The notes below the pieces were generated by a model that was not told the DNA's origin, did no database searches, and was given only the letters and a program-made list of their open reading frames with translations. Shown here piece by piece: positions 34,830 through 47,763 of a stretch of DNA of 64,000 bases; the first letter of the stretch is position 1; each line of letters starts with the position of its first letter. Made by a program: the position numbers and the translations under genes. The stretch covers positions 62,001-126,000 of the forward strand of contig JAUCBJ010000011.1 in assembly GCA_032718475.1 (NCBI GenBank), in the 5' to 3' direction. The stretch is from Nemertoderma westbladi. Lineage: Eukaryota > Animalia > Xenacoelomorpha.

Positions 34830-37800
34830 GTTATCAAGCACCTTAGTAAAAAACCTGACCGGTAGGTGGTGTTACTTAGTACAGTAGTACCAAAGTATGT
34901 AAAAAAAACTAAAAAAGCAACAAGACCTACTGTACAGAAGACGTTGCATGCAATCAGTGATCAGCTGGCAGCAGCCAGCTGATCGGTAGGTTTCGCCACG
35001 CATTCTCAGGAGGCCAAAGCCAGGAAATGTAGAGATAAATTCACAAAGGGAGACAGAACGAGTATTGAAATGAAGACTACTACTACTACAGTAGGATCGG
35101 CATGCTGCATTGCAGCTGCATTTTTAAGAATGCTGTGCCGGCTTGTCGACAAAATTGCGCCGCCACAACTCCCTATCCCCCATGACATTTGCTAGATCAT
35201 CCCCATCTTCAAGGCCAGTGTCCTTTAAGATGCGTCTCAAGAAAGTCATGGGCTGTCCACCATGCTTTTTCACTCCATGAGACTGCCAAAGAACAAGATT
35301 ATGCACTGGCTGGTCCTCACTGCGAAAGCAATGTCCTGCAAAGCGGAGGCGATTTTGTTCAAGTGTCAAGCTTGGGGGAACCAATGAGACACCTCCAATG
35401 TTATATATATATTTGGTCTTTCTGGAGTTAATAAAAAGACCAACACTAGAAGCAGCATGTTCTAATGAGCTGAGGAGCCGTTGGGCTCCCTCTAGTGATT
35501 CTGAGAGTACTCTCAGAAATCAGCATAGTATCAGATTGCTAAGTCATCAGCAAAGTCTAGATCAGTTAGGTACTTGGCAGGATTTCCTCGACTTCTGGAG
35601 CCAGTAGGTGGAGTTATCATCACCCCATCATCATTATGATGATCTAAGGACATTCGTAGAACATAGTCAACCACAATTATGAACAAGAATGATGCAAGTG
35701 CGTCTCCCTGGAGGACGTCCCATAACACTTCAAATGGTTCTGTGTCACCGTCAACAGTAGACACAAATGTTGTCGAACCACCGTATACTGATCTGATTGC
35801 TGCAATCATTTCATCAGGAATCCCATATAATGAAAGTATGCTGAACATACGTGAGCGAGAAACTGAATAAAAGGCCTTGACAAAGATAACATCCAGATGC
35901 CTGTCTTTCTTTTTTGATAACTCTTCAATTATCCTTCTAAGTGCCAAAATGGGCTCCATGGTCCCACGATCTTTACGGAACCTATTCTGATTTCCACGGA
36001 GCAGTCTCTCAATGGGATCCCTGATGCGATTTAATAGAATTCTATTGTATAGCTTTGCAGCAATCGAGATCAATGAGATTCCCCGAAAAGAACCATAGAG
36101 TGTTAGGTTGCCCTTCTTGGGAACTGGCACCAACTTATTTGTTTTCATTTCTTGTGGGACTCTTGTTGTTCGGTACATGTCTACTATGATGGGATACATG
36201 ATCTTTAAACATTCAGGTATTTTAAAGACCTCAGGGGGAACACCGTCTACTCCACTGGCACGATTGGTCTTAATGCTCTTAAGCCGCCTTCACTTCTGTA
36301 AAGGAGATATCGCCAATGGGAATATCTGGGAGTACAGACTCAGACACTTTTACTTCTATAAAGTTATCAGGCAATACCATGTCATTATTAATTAGCTTTT
36401 CAAAGTGGGACTTCCAGCCATTGAGGCGATCGGCTGGTGATTCAACCTTAACCTTGGTGGTTGGTTGGCTTTTCCGCCCAGTAAGCAAGTTGATCGATCT
36501 CCATGCCTGGGATGATTGCCTGCTGTCGTCAGCATCTTTGATGGCATCAACCTGTTGGTTTATTAGCTCCTGTAGATTAAGAGTACTGCCTGTTCAGGGA
36601 CCTAGATACAGCCTTAATTGCATTCTTGGCCGCTGTAGTCTGTTTGAGTCGGGACTCTTTCTACGCCTTATAGAGGTCATTTCGGCACTTCTGAATTTTG
36701 TTGTTAGTCCAGGGGGCCCTTTTCCAATTTCGAGGGTATACTGTTTCTGCAGCTGCTAACTTAATTGCTTCTGTGAAGGCAGTATAGCCCAACAGGCAGA
36801 CAGAACGAGTATTGAAGTGAAGAGAGAGGTTTTGTAGGTAACTAACCACTGGGAAGCAACACCACAAACTACGCCAATCAAGTTTCTGCTTGTTGATACT
36901 GTAGCGGGCTTGCGTGTTTGAATGTAATACATTTTCAAACTTTTCAAAGACTGGCCGGAATGGGTGTCTGGCAATTACACCTTGACATGTTTAAACAATT
37001 CACACCAGTCAGTCAGACAACGTGTATTGGGCTCGCCGCGGTGCGTCATGATGTGTGGCTGTGCACATTCTTACCCTGTTCGCTCCCATCCTTGGCCGTC
37101 CCATCCTGGTGCTGTTTCCCCCTTACTGTACTGTCTTACAAGAGGGACAACAGAAAGAGTAAACGACATTAGACGCAAGGATGTCCGGGACGGGATGTTT
37201 TAAAGATGTGAGTGACTGGCGCAGTTTAGACGTAGTGAAAACGAACCGAACTGGTCGTGTGCAAGACCTGGGTATAAGTCCTCGCATCTTTCGAATAAAC
37301 AGATCGGTCAGGGTCAGTCGGTTGCCCGACCTCGGTACTCAAACTTACAGATAATCGGCTTTGAATCATCAGCAGCTGCCTGGTCCACCAGGTCACAGAC
37401 CTTGGCGGGAACAACTGTTGGTGCTGGTGCTCGCCCCCAGAACCACTACTTGCAAGCCCCCTAGCGGCTAGCACATGCTCTACCACCGCATCAGTATATT
37501 GGTTATTGCTTAGAATATTCTTAGCATCGCCATAGCGGTATAGAGTTGAGAACCATCACCACCCTTACTGGCGTTAAAGATGCGATGTAATATACCACGA
37601 ACTACTCCGCGTTTATAAGACTCAGGGGCATTGATATACTGGGCTCGTTCTCAATACCACTGCGTGTGCCCCTGCTGCCTGCGTCTTACAAACGGTGAGT
37701 CTTTGTAAGGGGGAATATGTTGGACACACCATCCAACCACTTGTTTGAACGCGATAGACAGCACCAGGATGGGCGGCCCGGATGAGAGCAATACTAGGGT

Positions 37801-38280
37801 AAGACTGTGCACAACCACATCACGACGCACCGCGGCGAGCCCAATACACGTTGGCTGACTGACTGGCGTGAATTGTTTAAACATTTCAAAGTAATTGCTA
37901 TAGTCACCCATTGCGGCCAGTCTTGTAAAAGCTTGAAATGTATTACATTCAAACACATAAGACAGCTATCAACTAGCAGAAACGTGATTGGCGTAAGTTT
38001 GTGGTGCTGCTTCCCAGTGGTTAGTTTCCTACAGACCTCTATCTTCATTTCAATACTCGTTCTGTCTCCCTTTGTGAATTTCTCTCTACATTTCCTGGCT
38101 TGGCCTCCTGAAAATGCCTTCAGCTGCGGGGCGAAACCTACCGATCAGCTGGCTGCTGTCAGCTGATCACTGATTGCATGCAACATCTAGCAGTCAAGGT
38201 CTTGTTGCTTTTTAGTTTTTTACATACTTTGGTACTAACACATCTACCGGTAAGGTTTTTTACTTAACGTACTTGATAAA
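34830..38280. mobile_element. Foldback-type element with ~520-560 bp inverted arms; left arm interrupted by an RTE LINE
   Basis: 34830-35076 plus 36798-37115 is the diverged reverse complement of 37758-38280; the spacer 37116-37757 has no convincing ORF. Confidence 0.8.
35077..36797 (-). mobile_element. 5'-truncated, degenerate RTE-clade LINE
   Basis: FRGISLISIAAKLY, NQNRFRKDR, VLQGDALASFLF, DLDFADDLA and RLRFAGHC motifs; (TAG)n 3' tail; 26-bp TSD agacagaacgagtattgaa[a/g]tgaaga (35051-35076 / 36798-36823). Confidence 0.92.
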
Positions 38281-38305
38281 CTATATAAACTATGTATAAA
38301 ACAGT

Positions 38306-41300
38306 AACTAGAAAGCCAGCAAGCTAGCTGGCTGGAAGGAGCCCGGGGGAAAAATCCTAGCCAAGACTATTACAAAGAACTATGTCAGTAAGCAGTAAGT
38401 AAACTAAACAATTGTCTAAACTGCAAGGCGTGAGGCTAGCTGACTTTGTGGCTCGCCCCACATAATAAACAATGCACAACTTAGCTACCACTAACAAAAT
38501 TATAATATGAAGCAAATAATTTCATTATCAAGCACGTTTACAAGATATAAGATACGATTCCCGAATATTTATAAAAAATGCCCATGATGCACAACCAGAT
38601 AAATAACAACGAATAGAGCCAAATGTCAAATTTAGTTTCCTTCTATAGGTATTACCCCGTCGTCAAGCGGAATATCTCTTCCCAGTGAATCCTATGTGAA
38701 TATGTAATATAGGTACTCCTTAGGCGGTAGGCCAGAGCGGGCTCCTTAAATACATGCAACTACTGTATTATAGTGTAGGTCAACTATAAAACATTTTGCA
38801 ATCCACAGTGAGTATCGACTGCAATAGGAGACAACACACTGCTTTGTGTAACTAAAATTCATTCTCTTGATCCACCCCCTAACATAGCAGAGTGAGTAAC
38901 CTTATTGTAGATATACCTACTAGGAGAGCAATCTACTGGGAGAACAATCAGCTTATGGGGTAGTACATTACAAACCAACAGCTTATGTGTGAGTAAACAT
39001 TGCCTTTCCTTATAGCCTACTAGTTAAACTTGGCAACCAACACGTTTTACTATATTATACCATATTTCATATATTAAGCCATATTTCATCATGAACACCA
39101 GCTGTTATTTTACCATTGCTTTTAATTTCGCGACAAAATAATGTCAAAAAACTAAATATATCGAATACCACACATAGAATCGATCTAAAATTTTGTAACG
39201 CGATTATGAACCACCAAAGCAATGTACTTGCAAAATTTCGTCAAAATCGCCAGGCAGGAAGTGCCTGAACCTGGATAATTATCAGTCAGTCAGTCAGTCA
39301 GTCAGTCAGTCAGTCAGTCAGTCAGTCAGTCAGTCAGTCAGTCAGTCAGTCAGTCAGTCAGTCAGTCAGTCAGTCAGTCAGTCAGTCAGTCAGTCAGTCA
39401 GTCAGTCAGTCAGTCAGTCAGTCAGTCAGTCAGTCAGTCAGTCAGTCAGTCAGTCAGTCAGTCAGTCAGTCAGTCAGTCAGTCAGTCAGTCAGTCAGTCA
39501 GTCAGTCAGTCAGTCAGTCAGTCAGTCAGTCAGTCAGTCAGTCAGTCAGTCAGTCAGTCAGTCAGTCAGTCAGTCAGTCAGTCAGTCAGTCAGTCAGTCA
39601 GTCAGTCAGTCAGTCAGTCAGTCAGTCAGTCAGTCAGTCAGTCAGTCAGTCAGTCAGTCAGTCAGTCAGTCAGTCAGTCAGTCAGTCAGTCAGTCAGTCA
39701 GTCAGTCAGTCAGTCAGTCAGTCAGTCAGTCAGTCAGTCAGTCAGTCAGTCAGTCAGTCAGTCAGTCAGTCAGTCAGTCAGTCAGTCAGTCAGTCAGTCA
39801 GTCAGTCAGTCAGTCAGTCAGTCAGTCAGTCAGTCAGTCAGTCAGTCAGTCAGTCAGTCAGTCAGTCAGTCAGTCAGTCAGTCAGTCAGTCAGTCAGTCA
39901 GTCAGTCAGTCAGTCAGTCAGTCAGTCAGTCAGTCAGTCAGTCAGTCAGTCAGTCAGTCAGTCAGTCAGTCAGTCAGTCAGTCAGTCAGTCAGTCAGTCA
40001 GTCAGTCAGTCAGTCAGTCAGTCAGTCAGTCAGTCAGTCAGTCAGTCAGTCAGTCAGTCAGTCAGTCAGTCAGTCAGTCAGTCAGTCAGTCAGTCAGTCA
40101 GTCAGTCAGTCAGTCAGTCAGTCAGTCAGTCAGTCAGTCAGTCAGTCAGTCAGTCAGTCAGTCAGTCAGTCAGTCAGTCAGTCAGTCAGTCAGTCAGTCA
40201 GTCAGTCAGTCAGTCAGTCAGTCAGTCAGTCAGTCAGTCAGTCAGTCAGTCAGTCAGTCAGTCAGTCAGTCAGTCAGTCAGTCAGTCAGTCAGTCAGTCA
40301 GTCAGTCAGTCAGTCAGTCAGTCAGTCAGTCAGTCAGTCAGTCAGTCAGTCAGTCAGTCAGTCAGTCAGTCAGTCAGTCAGTCAGTCAGTCAGTCAGTCA
40401 GTCAGTCAGTCAGTCAGTCAGTCAGTCAGTCAGTCAGTCAGTCAGTCAGTCAGTCAGTCAGTCAGTCAGTCAGTCAGTCAGTCAGTCAGTCAGTCAGTCA
40501 GTCAGTCAGTCAGTCAGTCAGTCAGTCAGTCAGTCAGTCAGTCAGTCAGTCAGTCAGTCAGTCAGTCAGTCAGTCAGTCAGTCAGTCAGTCAGTCAGTCA
40601 GTCAGTCAGTCAGTCAGTCAGTCAGTCAGTCAGTCAGTCAGTCAGTCAGTCAGTCAGTCAGTCAGTCAGTCAGTCAGTCAGTCAGTCAGTCAGTCAGTCA
40701 GTCAGTCAGTCAGTCAGTCAGTCAGTCAGTCAGTCAGTCAGTCAGTCAGTCAGTCAGTCAGTCAGTCAGTCAGTCAGTCAGTCAGTCAGTCAGTCAGTCA
40801 GTCAGTCAGTCAGTCAGTCAGTCAGTCAGTCAGTCAGTCAGTCAGTCAGTCAGTCAGTCAGTCAGTCAGTCAGTCAGTCAGTCAGTCAGTCAGTCAGTCA
40901 GTCAGTCAGTCAGTCAGTCAGTCAGTCAGTCAGTCAGTCAGTCAGTCAGTCAGTCAGTCAGTCAGTCAGTCAGTCAGTCAGTCAGTCAGTCAGTCAGTCA
41001 GTCAGTCAGTCAGTCAGTCAGTCAGTCAGTCAGTCAGTCAGTCAGTCAGTCAGTCAGTCAGTCAGTCAGTCAGTCAGTCAGTCAGTCAGTCAGTCAGTCA
41101 GTCAGTCAGTCAGTCAGTCAGTCAGTCAGTCAGTCAGTCAGTCAGTCAGTCAGTCAGTCAGTCAGTCAGTCAGTCAGTCAGTCAGTCAGTCAGTCAGTCA
41201 GTCAGTCAGTCAGTCAGTCAGTCAGTCAGTCAGTCAGTCAGTCAGTCAGTCAGTCAGTCAGTCAGTCAGTCAGTCAGTCAGTCAGTCAGTCAGTCAGTCA

Positions 41301-42456
41301 GTCAGTCAGTCAGTCAGTCAGTCAGTCAGTCAGTCAGTCAGTCAGTCAGTCAGTCAGTCAGTCAGTCAGTCAGTCAGTCAGTCAGTCAGTCAGTCAGTCA
41401 GTCAGTCAGTCAGTCAGTCAGTCAGTCAGTCAGTCAGTCAGTCAGTCAGTCAGTCAGTCAGTCAGTCAGTCAGTCAGTCAGTCAGTCAGTCAGTCAGTCA
41501 GTCAGTCAGTCAGTCAGTCAGTCAGTCAGTCAGTCAGTCAGTCAGTCAGTCAGTCAGTCAGTCAGTCAGTCAGTCAGTCAGTCAGTCAGTCAGTCAGTCA
41601 GTCAGTCAGTCAGTCAGTCAGTCAGTCAGTCAGTCAGTCAGTCAGTCAGTCAGTCAGTCAGTCAGTCAGTCAGTCAGTCAGTCAGTCAGTCAGTCAGTCA
41701 GTCAGTCAGTCAGTCAGTCAGTCAGTCAGTCAGTCAGTCAGTCAGTCAGTCAGTCAGTCAGTCAGTCAGTCAGTCAGTCAGTCAGTCAGTCAGTCAGTCA
41801 GTCAGTCAGTCAGTCAGTCAGTCAGTCAGTCAGTCAGTCAGTCAGTCAGTCAGTCAGTCAGTCAGTCAGTCAGTCAGTCAGTCAGTCAGTCAGTCAGTCA
41901 GTCAGTCAGTCAGTCAGTCAGTCAGTCAGTCAGTCAGTCAGTCAGTCAGTCAGTCAGTCAGTCAGTCAGTCAGTCAGTCAGTCAGTCAGTCAGTCAGTCA
42001 GTCAGTCAGTCAGTCAGTCAGTCAGTCAGTCAGTCAGTCAGTCAGTCAGTCAGTCAGTCAGTCAGTCAGTCAGTCAGTCAGTCAGTCAGTCAGTCAGTCA
42101 GTCAGTCAGTCAGTCAGTCAGTCAGTCAGTCAGTCAGTCAGTCAGTCAGTCAGTCAGTCAGTCAGTCAGTCAGTCAGTCAGTCAGTCAGTCAGTCAGTCA
42201 GTCAGTCAGTCAGTCAGTCAGTCAGTCAGTCAGTCAGTCAGTCAGTCAGTCAGTCAGTCAGTCAGTCAGTCAGTCAGTCAGTCAGTCAGTCAGTCAGTCA
42301 GTCAGTCAGTCAGTCAGTCAGTCAGTCAGTCAGTCAGTCAGTCAGTCAGTCAGTCATAGTCAGTCAGTCAGTTATATATCCTGAGATTTTTACAGAAAGT
42401 ATCCCTGAGACTTTTATTACAGTAAGTATCCCGCCGCTGTCAAGCGGGCTCCTAAA
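38306..42456 (+). mobile_element. HINE / DINE-1-like non-autonomous Helentron carrying an expanded microsatellite
   Basis: Subterminal inverted repeats aggagcccg (38337) / cgggctcct (42445), terminal hairpins (agccagc..gctggct; cccgc..gcggg) and an internal tetranucleotide microsatellite. Confidence 0.55.
39282..42372. repeat. (CAGT)n tract of about 3.1 kb (~770 units)
   Basis: Appears uninterrupted to 42356, with one interruption near the right end. Confidence 0.99.
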
Positions 42457-43365
42457 CAGTAATCATACAGTAATGTCACATTATTTAGATAGGGGGCGTT
42501 TCCTTATGAAAATTATTGTGTTTTTTAGCCATTATCCAAAATTCGGGGTAGAAAATGATGGAAAAGCTCATACAAATATTTTCCAGTTTTCTGCATAATT
42601 GTGATTTGTATAGTGGACTGTCAGACTGTGTGAGGCGAGCCACGAAAGTAAGCGAGTTTCAGCTTAGCATAGCGGTACCACTATCTACAGTATATCTCAT
42701 CGGTGTGTCTGTCGATCTGTATGTAGATCGGTATATTTATAAACATTAATAACTCAGCCAATGCTCTATTAATTATAACCAAACTTGGTACACATGTTGT
42801 TTGGCAAAAGTTTAGAAATGTTCCAAATAGAATTTTACATGTGGCCTTCGAGAAGCTAAGATACAGTAAAAGCAGTTAATTAGGTAATGAAGTTGATTAC
42901 GGTAAAAAACATAATTTAATGCCTGTTTTTCATGGAATTTAATTATTTTCTAGTAAAAAGATTTAAATAATTACACTTAAAAATTATACAGCTAGAATCC
43001 CCATACCCCATTCCAAAATAATACAATTATTCAGAGTTCGCTGGAATAAAAACAATTTTTAAATTAATTGGCCCAAATCATCCAAACGCACCTTACAAAT
43101 CTGCCATATCGCCACATTATTAATCGAACCAAATTAATTAATATACTGTATACAGTAATATTATACATGCTACCGGTACAGTATACAGTATACATCGTAT
43201 ATGAAACATTAATGGCTTTATATGATGTTTGCTTTATGTAATGTTTACTAACTGAAATATTTAATTCCGACAATCGACTCTTTTTACTGTAGGGCCCTAC
43301 AAATATATAAGTTAATTTATAATGATAGCTTCCTTCTTCCTCCTGTAAAGGTACAACTACAGTCC

Positions 43366-44533
43366 TGTTCGCGCTTTCAGACCTTTGGCAGTTTAACCCG
43401 CCAAATTAGGATGTCTTCTAGATAATAATTCGCTTTTAGCCTATGACAAGTATTTGATTCACTACACTAGTCGAAACCAATCTGTGCGCGATCATTCACC
43501 CGCTGGATATACCCGGGAGATTGGGTTCGACGGCTTAATCGTATTGCTATGTAGGCCTAATGTATTATTCGACTGACAGTATTATATAATCTCTGACAAT
43601 ATTATTCACCTTCGGGAAATATTAACAGTTCCTTTAGGACGTGGCGCTCTACCTATATAAACAGAGTTATGACTTAAACTACTCACAACGATATGGCTTA
43701 GTTATAATTCACATATATGGCGCATTCTTTAGGAAATGCTTCGTTATCAGTCTCACTCATACACAATGCTGCACAATACTGCACACTGATCTGCCGATCT
43801 TCACTGATTTTAGTCACATATAAAAGGAACACGGACCGAATCATGTAGGGTCTATCAAATAACATTAGATTCACTTCAAACCACTTTAACATAAGTCACA
43901 ATCGTTATATGTAACCTTTCTCTCTTACCTTCGGTATATCAAGAATATTGGGTTTTCGGGGTTATTTATCGTTATTCCAAATATAATAATTCATCAACCA
44001 TATTATGAAGAACTGACAGTAAATAGCAGTATAACAATATAACAGTATGCACAGGTTGTTTGATTAGGTATGGTATGTTATGTTTAGATATGATAACGGA
44101 TATATGTCCTTATAATTAAGCCTACTAGTGTAAGACTAAAAACTGGAAACACGGAGGTGCCAAAAGCCGGTTCTTAGGCTCTGGGCAAAAACATAACACT
44201 GAACCGATAAGAATAATCTTATTTACAAAGGCTTCCACCCACCACAGAGAAAGAGCATACAGATAGGAAAATTCAGTTCAGTAGATCTGTGATAGGTCGA
44301 AATCAAAATCAACTCAAATCCTATTGGCAGATACAGAAAGCAGGGCTGTGGGGCAACTTTCCCAAGCTGGTTGGACAATCAAACGTAGCCCAGATCCCTT
44401 CGCACAGCAAATCAGCCAATCAGCCGGTAGCTTGCGCTATTCGAGTTATAGATCCCTTTTTAGAGTATTCCAGCGCCTGGGGGGAACTGGTTAGCAAGGC
44501 AAACGAATCAGTTATCCCACAAAAGCTTTTACA
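43366..44533 (-). repeat. 3' LTR of the BEL/Pao element
   Basis: Matches 59325-60492; I saw only 2 substitutions by eye. Preceded on the sense strand by the purine-rich gggagcgg (PPT-like, 44534-44541). Confidence 0.97.
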
Positions 44534-45005
44534 CCGCTCCCAGAAAATGGGATTTATGTCTATAAAATATAACAAATCACAGTTTCTAAAATATAAAAAA
44601 TACTCTAAACAGTTAGTCTTTCTTACGCAGACGGCGTTTACGCAGTTTTTTGAGGCTAGCAAGAGTCCTTTTCTCTTTGGGGGGAGCCACTTTACTAGGT
44701 GGGCTATAAATCCTGGGTGAAGGGTGCAATATGATTGCATCAGAAGGTGTAGGATTATGGTCGGGGTATCCGCTGTTTCGATATGCTTCTCCTCGAGCTG
44801 ATTTTCCTCCGCTCGTAGCTGGATACGTTCATCCAAAAACTCTCGCAGAGAATGGGGTTGTCTAAGTGCGATATATTCTTAGAGATTCTGGATTTCACAA
44901 TCGAACTGAGATAAAGACAATTCGTTTATCGCTTGGACTTGCTGTTACAACTTACGTTTATCTGAACAAACGTAAGTTTCCTTTCTGATCTTTGTAGAAT
45001 AGCGT

Positions 45006-46142
45006 TTAACTCGTTTGGTACAACGTTCTCCGACACTCTGGTGACAGGTTATATCGTGTCAAGCCGGGATGATGGTAAGGGTTAAACGGCGATATTAAAT
45101 GTCCGCGTCCCAATCCGGCTAGGTAGGATGGGCTAATATCTAAGAAACCCACAACTGGGGTGCCACCGACTAATCGTTCAGGTAACACTAGATCTTTGAG
45201 CAGTGAGTACAGCTCGGGAGGATCCGTCATACTAATAGGATCAAGAGTCTGAGGTCTCACTAGGGAATGAGGAGCTCTGATCGAGTATTCCGAAACTCTG
45301 ATCATTGGTTTATTTAAGGATCGTCTGAGTCGAACGAGCGTAGGTGATACATTGAACAAGTTTCGCTCGAAACTCCCGTAAGTATAGCGAGTAAAACCGT
45401 GTTCAAAGCAACGTCTCCGCGGATGTTTATGCCTTTCCGTTTGTTGGTTGGGTCTTGGGCATTCATCGCAATAATACCCAAAAACGTACGTCTTGTAGGG
45501 GAAACGCGAGTGATCTTTCTCCAGCTTACAATATTCCTCCATCCGTTCGAAGCTATTCGGTACAACAGGTAGCGGTCGATCGGCGGTAAGATACATCATA
45601 GGGGAATCGAGCCGTTTGAGTTCTACCATGCGGTCATGATGTATACCTTGAGGATATCGAGTTTCTAGATTTTGTTGACTGGCAATATTGAGATATGTTT
45701 CTATCAGGAATTCCAGATTATCGTTGAAGTCGCTGCGTTTATCCGGCTCCTCAACGTCTTCTCTTTCGAGTCTGTTTCGAATAGAATTCTCGTGTTCCAT
45801 TCTCGGTTTATCGTTCCGCCTCCGCTGGGTAGGATATTTCAATCGTACCATTTCCCTTTTGGTGTCGACATTGTCCGTATCGTGTAAATCGATAGGATGA
45901 CCAGTAGTTAAGAAGTCCACATACGTACCATTACGATGCGCATAGCGAGCGGTGAATTTCTTATAGTCCAACTCACGCGTGAGCTGCTCTTGGGACATTG
46001 GCGGTTCGATATAACGATCATCGTCCTCCGCAGCAGTTGGACCAGCGTCGCCGTCAACCAGCGTCAAGCTATCAACAAACGCTTGTAAAGGTAGAGTATA
46101 TCGCTCCCTGATACCAAGATCATCTTCTATCAACTCAATCAT
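45006..46142 (-). CDS. Accessory ORF (378 aa) of unknown function between pol and the 3' LTR
   Basis: Sense-strand ORF; hydrophilic with no signal peptide or TM segment; CxxC...H.H....C..H cluster; tagCAG acceptor 2 nt upstream of the ATG. Confidence 0.7.
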   Translation of the reverse strand: MIELIEDDLGIRERYTLPLQAFVDSLTLVDGDAGPTAAEDDDRYIEPPMSQEQLTRELDYKKFTARYAHRNGTYVDFLTTGHPIDLHDTDNVDTKREMVRLKYPTQRRRNDKPRMEHENSIRNRLEREDVEEPDKRSDFNDNLEFLIETYLNIASQQNLETRYPQGIHHDRMVELKRLDSPMMYLTADRPLPVVPNSFERMEEYCKLEKDHSRFPYKTYVFGYYCDECPRPNQQTERHKHPRRRCFEHGFTRYTYGSFERNLFNVSPTLVRLRRSLNKPMIRVSEYSIRAPHSLVRPQTLDPISMTDPPELYSLLKDLVLPERLVGGTPVVGFLDISPSYLAGLGRGHLISPFNPYHHPGLTRYNLSPECRRTLYQTS

Positions 46143-47763
46143 ATCTGCTATATAAATTTATCCATATTATAATGAGTTTATATTTAGGCGAGCGGGCGTC
46201 GCTGCCTACCCCAATCAGCCCCCGGACAGTGCGAGATCCTCAGCGCCGATGTGTTGTCGCCGCTGTACTTTCGCCAACGACGTAGCCGCACAACGACAAC
46301 GACAACCGGCACAAGTCACTCCACTGTCCGTCCCAAAGGCTTAGATGTACTTCAGGTTTTTCTTGGAGAGTTAGGTTACTTTCACGATTGCGACTAGCTA
46401 CTGTAAACACACTTTAGCAGTAACATTCACCTATAAACTCACAAATACCACACAACTGGTCACAACTACGCACATTCGGGCCATTTGTCCGTTAGTCAAT
46501 GCCTTCCAGAATGTCACTGTATTATTATGTATCCTTGGATACTAGCAGTGCGCTATTTATTCCCTATGCTATTCAATGGGACAAGCTTTCTATTGTTCTT
46601 TTAACTCAATTCTAATTCTAGCGTGGTTGTTGCCATGGTGACATTATGCAAAGCTAGCGGTAGAATTAGGGTAATTCCAATGCATACAGATCTGGGATGT
46701 TATTTAATAGTATTCTTTAATAGTCAATGTTCTGTTTTATACATGACTTTATGAATTTTATCGGCTATTGACTATGTTTGGGAGACTTTCGCACACTCAT
46801 ATGCATAATAAGATAAATCTCCGCTCCCTTGATCTATTAATTAATGGAATTTTGGGAATGTTATACATTGCGTAAAAATGGCAATTTATTAAATTCATTA
46901 AAAGGCATGAATTTAAATTATTCCCTGAAATTTTATTATTTGATAATTAAATGGACATATTTTGATTCTAGAACATGTCTGGGGACACAAGATCCTTAAT
47001 TCTATGACAATTGTCTTTTTAAGAATATCGGTAAATGCTACGATATCTTAATTGACTAGAATTGTTGAAGGATCTGAATTTTACAGATTTTGATTTATTA
47101 GATTTGCAAATATTAAATAATTAATATTTGAGATGGGCACCGATTTATTCCAGAACTTGTCTGGGAACGTTAACCACTGATTCTAGAATTTGTCTTTCAA
47201 GTATATCGGTGGGTGCCGCGATATCTTAATCGACTAGAATTACAGATGGTCAAAGGGTTTAACAGATTTATTTTGCGTTATACGCTACTGTTAAAGGGAC
47301 ATCACGCTACTATATGTATTATTTAATATACGGTATGAGAGCAATATCGCACGAAGCAATGTCAGTGTGAAGAGGCAAGTCGTTTCCAAGGTCTACCCAG
47401 AGCTTGGTTTAGCCGAGACACGAGGATCTGAACTTTGCATTCCTAATACTCTGCCTACCAATAATACTTTAATATAGTAGTGGCTTTATTGTACTTTAAT
47501 AAGTACGGACATTTCATCTTACTGTAGTTACGTATTTATAATATAATACGGACAGTAAGGAAAGAGAAAAAATAATTATTTCTTCGCCGTCGCACTAAAT
47601 ATAATATAAGTAATTACGTACGCAATAAACACGAATATATTGCACTATTCTACAAAATAATCGCTAAATAATATTCTACTAAATTAAATAAAACGATTAT
47701 AATAAAACTACATAGTAATACATACATAAATATAAAATAATAAAATAATATAAAATAATAGAG

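Noticed and set aside
43641-44720. Short ORFs repeated in the LTRs (also 59600-60612 and 62156-62407)
   Set aside because: They recur only because the LTR is repeated; no domain features.
45006-46142. env glycoprotein call
   Set aside because: No signal peptide or transmembrane helix and no Cys-rich fusion-protein pattern.
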